From Raja brachyura (taxonomy: Eukaryota): 64,000 nt of DNA. Of the stretch, positions 57,376-64,000 are shown piece after piece; within the stretch, counting starts at the first letter, position 1; every line of letters starts with the position of its first letter. The notes beneath the pieces are model-generated. The model was not told the origin of the DNA, made no database searches, and saw nothing but the letters and a program-made list of their open reading frames with translations. Location: contig OY740805.1 of NCBI GenBank assembly GCA_963514005.1, positions 23,932,001 through 23,996,000 on the forward strand. Reading direction: 5' to 3'. The position numbers and the translations under genes are program-made.

Positions 57376-60049
57376 GTGAGAAGGAACAGGTTGTTCTGCA
57401 AAATAAGTTGGAATAAGAGGAGTCTGAAATGTAGTCTAAACTTTGGTGTGGAGTGCTGTCCCTGGAGTACCCACTCAGCCACCCTTCACTCCAAGGGTTT
57501 GCTTGCCTTGTAGTCCTGATCCGTCAGTCACTCTGTTAACATGGGTGGCACGGTGGCGCAACGGCAGAGTTGCTGCCTTACAGCGCCAGAGACCCGGGTT
57601 CAATTCTACCTGCAGGTGCTGTCCCTGCGGAGTTTGTACGTTCGCCCCGTGACCTATGTGGGCTTTCTCTGAGATCTTCGGTTTCCTCCCACAATCCAAA
57701 GGCGTACAGCTTCGTAGGCAAATTTGCTTGAAATAATTGTAAATTGTCCCTAGTGTGTGTAGGATAGTATTAATGTGCGGGGGTCGCTGGTCAGCGTGGA
57801 CTTGCCTGTTTCCGCGCTGAATCTCTAAACTAAACTAAATTAAAACCATCCCCCATTCCAAATATCAATGTGCATCACCTTCACTGTGACCTCGTTGGTG
57901 TGCCCTTTAAGTTCAGGTGTATTATTGTCACTCCTCACCCTCTCTTCTGCACCATTCACCCTCACTGCTACACTGCCTCACTGCTTCATGCAGACCCGCA
58001 CCTCCTGCAGCTCACTCCTGCATTGCCCACGTTATAGTTTGTCATAGAGTCATGCAGCACGGAAAGAGGCCCTTCAGCCCATCAGGCCCATATTACCCAC
58101 GAGCACCCAGTTACACAGCCTCTACATTTCCATTTTTTTCCCATGCACTCCAATCCCATCCAGCCTGATTCCACCCCTCACTTAGGGGCAATTTACAGAG
58201 GTCAATTCACACACCGACCCACACCTCTTTGGGATGTGGAAGGAAACCGGAGCACCTCGGGGAAACCCACGTGGTCAAAGGGAGAACGTGCAAACTCCAC
58301 ATCCTGAGCAGCAGTGGTTTAATTTAGTTTAGTTTATTTTATTATTGTCACGTGTACTGAGGTACACTGAAAAACACTTTTGTTGTGTGCTATCCAGTCA
58401 AAGAAAAGGCTATAATTCAATTAAATTCAATTCACATTGTACAGATATAGGAAAAAGGGAATAACGTTTAGTTGAAGATAAAGACTGACAAAGTCCAATT
58501 AAAGGTAGTCCAATGCTCTCCAATGAGATAGTCCAATTGGCTCCAATGAGGTCAGGATCGCTCTCGTGTTGTTGAGAGGATGGTCCAGTTGCCTGATAAC
58601 AGCTGGGAAGAAACCGTCTCTGAAGCTGGAGGTGTGCATTTTCTGAATTCTGTACGTCTTCCCTGATGGGAGAGAGGAGCAGAGGGAGTGTCCGGGGTGA
58701 GTGCTTTTTTTTATTGTGTTGGCGGCTTAGCCGAGGCAGCATGAAGTGCAGATGGAGACAACGGAAGGGAGGTTGATTCATGCAATGGTCTGGGCTAAGT
58801 CCACAACTCTCTATAATTTCTTGCCGTCTTGGATAGACTTGTTTCCAACCATACCATGATGCATCCTGATAAAATGCTTTCCATGAGACATCTGTAGAAG
58901 TTGCTGAGGATTGTTAGGGACATGCCAGGTTTCAAAAGCCTTCCAAGGAAGTAAAGGCGTTGGTGTGCTTTTTTAATCGTTGATCGATGTGGCTGATCCA
59001 GGACAAATTTCTCATGATCATTATTTCTATGAACTTGAAGCTTTCGACCATCTCTAGTTCGGTGCATTAATGTATACTGGGGTGTGTGTACTGCTTTGCT
59101 TCATGAAGTCAATCACAATCTCCTTTGTATTGCTGATATTGGCGGAGTGGTTGTAATCTTGGCACCATGTCATAAGTGATAGGAGCAGAATTAGGCCATT
59201 TCGCCCATCAAGTCTACTCCACCATTCAATCATCGCTGATCTACCTCTCCCACCTAACTCCATTCTCCTGCCTTCTCCCCATAACATCTGACACCTGTAC
59301 TAATCAAAAATCAATCTATCTCTGTCTTAAAAATATCCACTGATTTGGCCTCCACAGCCGTCTGTGGCAAGGAATCCCACAGATTCAACACCCTCTGACT
59401 ATAGAAATGTATCCTCATCTCCTTCTTAACAGAATGTCCTTTAATTCTGAGGCTATGACCTCTCGTGCTAGACTCTCGCACTAGTGGAAGCATCCACTCT
59501 ATCCAAGCCTTTTACTAATCCACCAGTCTGAAGAAGGGTTTCAACCCGAAACGTCGCCTAACTCCTTCGCTCCTTAGATGCTGCTGCACCCGCTGAGTTT
59601 CTCCAGCTTTTTGTGTGACCCTTTTACTATTGTGTACGTTTCAATGAGGTCCCCCCTCATTCTTCTAATCTCCAGCGAGTACAAGCCCAGTGCCGACAAA
59701 CGCTCATCATAGGTTAACCTACTCATTTTGTGATCATTTTTGTATCGGGGTTCTCAATCTCCTTCGTTTACTCTGTTTCGTCATTATTTGATATCCGGCC
59801 CACTACGGTGGTGTCGCCTGCGAACTTGTATACTGAGTTGCATTGGTATTTGACTGCAGAGTCATGGCAGGGCCGTTGTAACGCTTGGGCAGGCTGGGCA
59901 GTTGCCCGGGTCCGCACGAGCAAAGGGGCCCCATGCTAATCGATGTACGTTATGACTTGCAACACGATGCAAAGTCCACGCCGAGCCCGCGGCTAAAAGC
60001 TCTGCAGACCGCGGTTTCAGGATCTCGTAGTCCACAGTCCCAGCGATCT

Positions 60050-60830
60050 TCAGGATGTCGTTCATTAAATGCCAGACACTCTTTGATACAATTTAAAGTT
60101 TTACATAGATTACATCTCTCAAAATCCAAATTAAACAGAATTTTCGCAAATGTTTCTGCTATATGTGATAAATGTCAACACCTAGAAGCTAATCTAACGC
60201 ACTCATTTACTAAATGTATAATAATTACTAATTTTTGGTCAGAAATTTTTAAGATAATTTCGAAGGTAGTTAATACAAATTTGACTCCAGATCCAAAATT
60301 AATCATATTAGGTATATTAGAAACTGATCAATCACTAACAATAAAACAACAAATTTTTATTGATTATAGTTTAATAATTGGTAAAAAATTAATATTAAGA
60401 TTTTGGAAAGGTCCTACCTCCCCCACTATCAAAATGTGGATCACAGAAATGTCGGAGACACTTCATTTGGAAAGATTAAGACTTGTCCTCTGGGACAGGC
60501 TAGATCAGTTTAGAGGAACATGGTCTCCATTTATTGATTATCTAAAGGGACAAATTGGCTCGGTTCGAGGGCCTGACTGAAATAGATGAAGAATTATATA
60601 CAATAGATCACTGATATATCTCCAATGAAGTATAGATTGTTTAATACTCCACTCACATTATTGATCTTCTATTTTTACTCTTATTTTATTTTTCTCTATT
60701 ATTTCTCCCTATCAATTTCTTTCTGTATTAAAAATAATAAAAAGTATAGAAGTACAAACAAGAATGATTGTAAACTTTAAAAATATTAAGAATGTATGTG
60801 ATGAATAATATATTCTTTTCTTTTTTTCCA
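60050..60830 (+). mobile_element. L1-type LINE 3' fragment (zinc-knuckle C-terminus plus AT-rich 3'UTR)
   Basis: IQFKVLHRLH...CDKC...H...C...FW...ILG...W motif pattern. Confidence 0.8.
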
Positions 60831-61249
60831 CATTTTAATTCGTCTTAATATGTATTTACTTCTAATAAAAAATATTTTACAGGATGTTGTAATCCGTGGG
60901 CTAGCGGCCGCAGCACTTCTTCTGGCGACCCCCGGCAAGGGATCGCTGGGCTCCCGGATGGGAAGTCCTCGCTGCGCTCGCTGCTGGAGCTCTGGACCCG
61001 ACTCAGGGAAAGGCCGCACAAATCCAAGCTGTTAGGCCGCGAGGGAGGGCGGCGTGCAACTAGGAGAAAAGTCGCATTCCACCGAGCTAAGTGACTAAAA
61101 ACAGTTTCCCCCCAATTCCAGTCGCCACCCCACCACACACTAAAACACATTTTTAGAACACTGAAAACAAAAAAAAAGTGGAAAGGACGAACAGCTGCTG
61201 GCGAGGCTGCCGGCTCACGGCGCCACCTGTTGTTCAAACGTTTGTGTTA

Positions 61250-61705
61250 ACATAGAAACATAGAAACATAGAAAAATAGGTGCAGGAGTAGGCCATTCGG
61301 CCCTTCGAGCCTGCACCGCCATTCAATGTGATCATGGCTGATCATCCAACTCAGTATCCCGTACCTGCCTTCTCTCCATATCGCCTGATCCCTTTAGCCA
61401 CAAGTGCCACATCTAACGCCCTCTTAAATATAGCCAATGAACTGGCCTCAACTACCTTCTGTGGCAGAGAATTCCAGAGACTCACCACTCTCTGTGTAAA
61501 GAATGTTTTCCTCATCTCAGTCCTAAAGGAATTCCCCCTTATCCTTAGACTGTGACCCCTTGTTCTGGACTCCCCCAACATTGGGAACAATCTTCCAGCA
61601 TCTAGCTTGTCCAACCCCTTAAGAATTTTGTAAGTTTCTATAAGATCCCCCCTCAATCTTCTAAATTCCAGCGAGTACAAGCCGAGTCTATCCAATCTTT
61701 CCTTA
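61250..61705 (-). mobile_element. CR1 3' fragment
   Basis: Near-identical to 48583-49030. Confidence 0.9.
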
Positions 61706-62309
61706 TTAATTAATCTTTGTTGATTAATCTTTACTGCACAGGATGTTTTTTAATGTTTAAACAATGATTTTGTTGGAAGTACCAACAAATGTTTAATTTT
61801 ATCGACTATTTACATTTTTATTCCTGTGAGTGGTTGTGTGGGTAGGGCCCCAGTGCACTGCTTTGCCCGGGGGCCTATAATGCTGTGAGGATGACTCTGA
61901 GTCATGAGTGTATAAGGAGTGAAGAAGGGAGCTGAGAATGCATCTTTGGGGTGCAGCTGTGTTGAAGGTTATCGTACGTACAGGATGATTTGTCAGCTCT
62001 CCTCACTGATTGCGGTCTGTTGGTCAAGATGTCATGGATCCAGAAGCAGCCGGGAAGTGTTGACACCAAGTTTCCAGATGCATTTGGTTGGGACTATGGT
62101 ATTGAAAGCAGAACCACTGTGCGTGATCTGAAACTTCCTCCTGGCTTGGTTGCAGTTCCTGTTTTAATTTAGTTTATTTTAGAAATGCAATGCCAGAACA
62201 GGACCTTCAGCCCACACTGGCCAGGGACAATGTTTTACCTTTTACATTTATACCAAGCCAATTAACTTACAAACCTTTTGTTTAAGAAGGAATTACAGAT
62301 GCTGGAAAA

Positions 62310-62730
62310 TAGCGTAGGCTTGGCGATCGTTTTGCCAAACACATTGGTCCGCATTAACCAACCTGATCTTCCTGTGGCTCAGCACTTCAACTGCCCCTCC
62401 CATTCCGATCCGACCTTTCTGTCCTGGGCCTCCTCCGCGGCCAGAGTGAGCACCACCGGAAATTGGAGGAGCAGCACCTCATATTCCGCTTGGGCAGTTT
62501 GCACCCTAGTGGCATAAACATTAACTTCTCCAATTTCCGGTAGCCCTTGCTGTCTCCTCCCCTTCTCAGCTCTCCCACAGCCCTCTGCTTCTCCTCTTCC
62601 TTTCTCCTTTCTTCTCCCCCCAACCCCCCCCCCCCACCCTACATCAGTCTGAAGAAGGGTTTCTTATTGCCTATTTCCTTCGCTCCATAGATGCTGCTGC
62701 ACCCGCTGAGTTTCTCCAGCACTTTTGTCA
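62310..62730 (+). mobile_element. Penelope 3' fragment (GIY-YIG end plus terminal repeat)
   Basis: Similar to 40345-40895 (PDLPVAQHFN, KLEEQHLIFRLG). Confidence 0.8.
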
Positions 62731-63400
62731 CTTACAAACCAGCCTGTCTTTGGAGTGTGGGAGAAAACCTGAGATCTCGGAGAAATCTTGGAGAAATCCC
62801 ACACAGGTCACGGGGAAAAGTCTGTACAGGCAAGCACCCGTTGTCAGGATCGAACCAGGGTCCCTGACGCTGTAAGGCAGTAGTTCTACTGCTTGGCCCT
62901 AATCACATTGATTTCCTTCAGAGTCCTAACCATGTGATTTTGAAGGTTAATTAGTTGTTGTAAACTGCACCTAGTGTGTCAGAAGGCAGGGCAATTTGGC
63001 CAGAGTTGATGAAAATGTAGAGAACATAGAACAGTGCAGCACAGGATCAGGCCTTTTGGCCCGCAACGTCTGTTCTGTGCCAGATGAATCTAATATGCCT
63101 TTCAAAAAGTCTCTCACATGTCACGATTGTATCTGGTCCCACCACCGCTCCTGACAACATGTTTCAGACACCCACCCCGCTCTGTGTAAAAAAAACCTTT
63201 AAACTTTCCTTAAAACTTTGCTCCCTCCACAACTTTGTGTCCTTTTTTATGTCCTACCATACTTGTGCCAATGGCAATAAACCCAACTTCTGACTTGTGA
63301 ATATCGTCTATCATAGTCTCCTGGTGCCGTTTGATTCCTCTACACCTTCCGTCCCACAGCAGGGCAGCCTGAAGGACAATTTCCTTTGTCTGAATTTCCT

Positions 63401-63530
63401 GAGTCTGAAGAAGGGTCTCGACCCGAAACGTCGCCCATCTCCTTCGCTCCTTAGATGCTGCTGCACCCGCTGAGTTTCTCCAGCTTTTTGTGTAACCCTC
63501 GATTCTCCAGCATCTGCAGTTCCTTCTTTG
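63401..63530 (+). mobile_element. Short Penelope-end repeat with hammerhead-like core (representative of about 20 copies)
   Basis: CTGAAGAAGGGTCTCGACCCGAAACGTC at 63405-63432 followed by ...GCTGAGTTTCTCCAGC...GCATCTGCAGTTCCTTC. Confidence 0.8.
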
Positions 63531-63937
63531 ACAATTTCCTTTGTCATTTCCTTTCTACAAATCAAAGGCGTCACCATGGGAACTCCCGTGAGCCCCATCT
63601 ACACCCCCCTCTTCACAGATACACAGAGTCGTACCTGTTTCAGACTGAAACAAGTATCTGCCTAATTTCTTTGCGTCTGCTTGTTCTGCGTTCTGCTCTC
63701 AAATTCACTCCCACCAACTACTGGAATCTGAGTAAACCTGTTAAACTAGTGGGAGGTAGTCGAAAATGTGACTTACCTTCAAGTGACAAAAGGGATCGGA
63801 GGTGCACAAAAGGTTGGAGAAACTCAGCGGGTGCAGCAGCATCTAAGTAGCGAAGGAGATAGGCGACGTTTCGGGCCGAAACCCTTCTTCAGACTGGGTT
63901 CGGAGGGATGGTCAAACAAAGCATGATGTCGTTAACT

Positions 63938-64000
63938 AAAGGGCCTGTCCCACTTTGGGGGTTATTTGCACGTCATTTACGCGACATCATTTATTGCATC
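63938..64000. mobile_element. Start of another AAGGGCCTGTCC-TIR MITE, cut by the window end
   Basis: TA+AAGGGCCTGTCCCAC. Confidence 0.55.

Overview
Repeat-dense vertebrate genomic DNA, most likely from a cartilaginous fish (skate/ray or shark). This is inferred from the HE1/V-SINE-like SINEs, the CR1 LINEs with (CATAGAAA)n tails and the type of class I gene. The only host gene I can support is a divergent, non-classical MHC class I heavy-chain gene on the minus strand, spread over about 28 kb. I assembled it by hand from splice sites: leader 35760-35685, alpha1 26695-26447, alpha2 23907-23638, alpha3 21628-21347, and a C-terminal exon 7807-7686 with the stop at 7724-7722, followed by one more exon starting at 7590. 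The four coding introns are phase 1 GT-AG and the CDS gives 320 aa. As assembled, the protein ends in a hydrophobic stretch with no cytoplasmic tail (GPI-signal-like), has lost most peptide-anchoring residues and carries an extra Cys pair in alpha2. The rest is mobile DNA: a DIRS tyrosine-recombinase retrotransposon; two Penelope-like families (one with an inverted structure and hammerhead-like motif, one with an SGNH esterase ORF and CCCTAA repeats); CR1, Rex1, Tx1 and L1 LINEs; about 20 short Penelope-end copies carrying a minimal hammerhead-ribozyme-like core; tRNA-derived SINEs; several TIR/TSD-defined non-autonomous DNA transposons, including a self-nested inverted MITE pair in the MHC promoter; minisatellites; and one assembly gap. 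Most short ORFs in the supplied track are TE fragments or noise.
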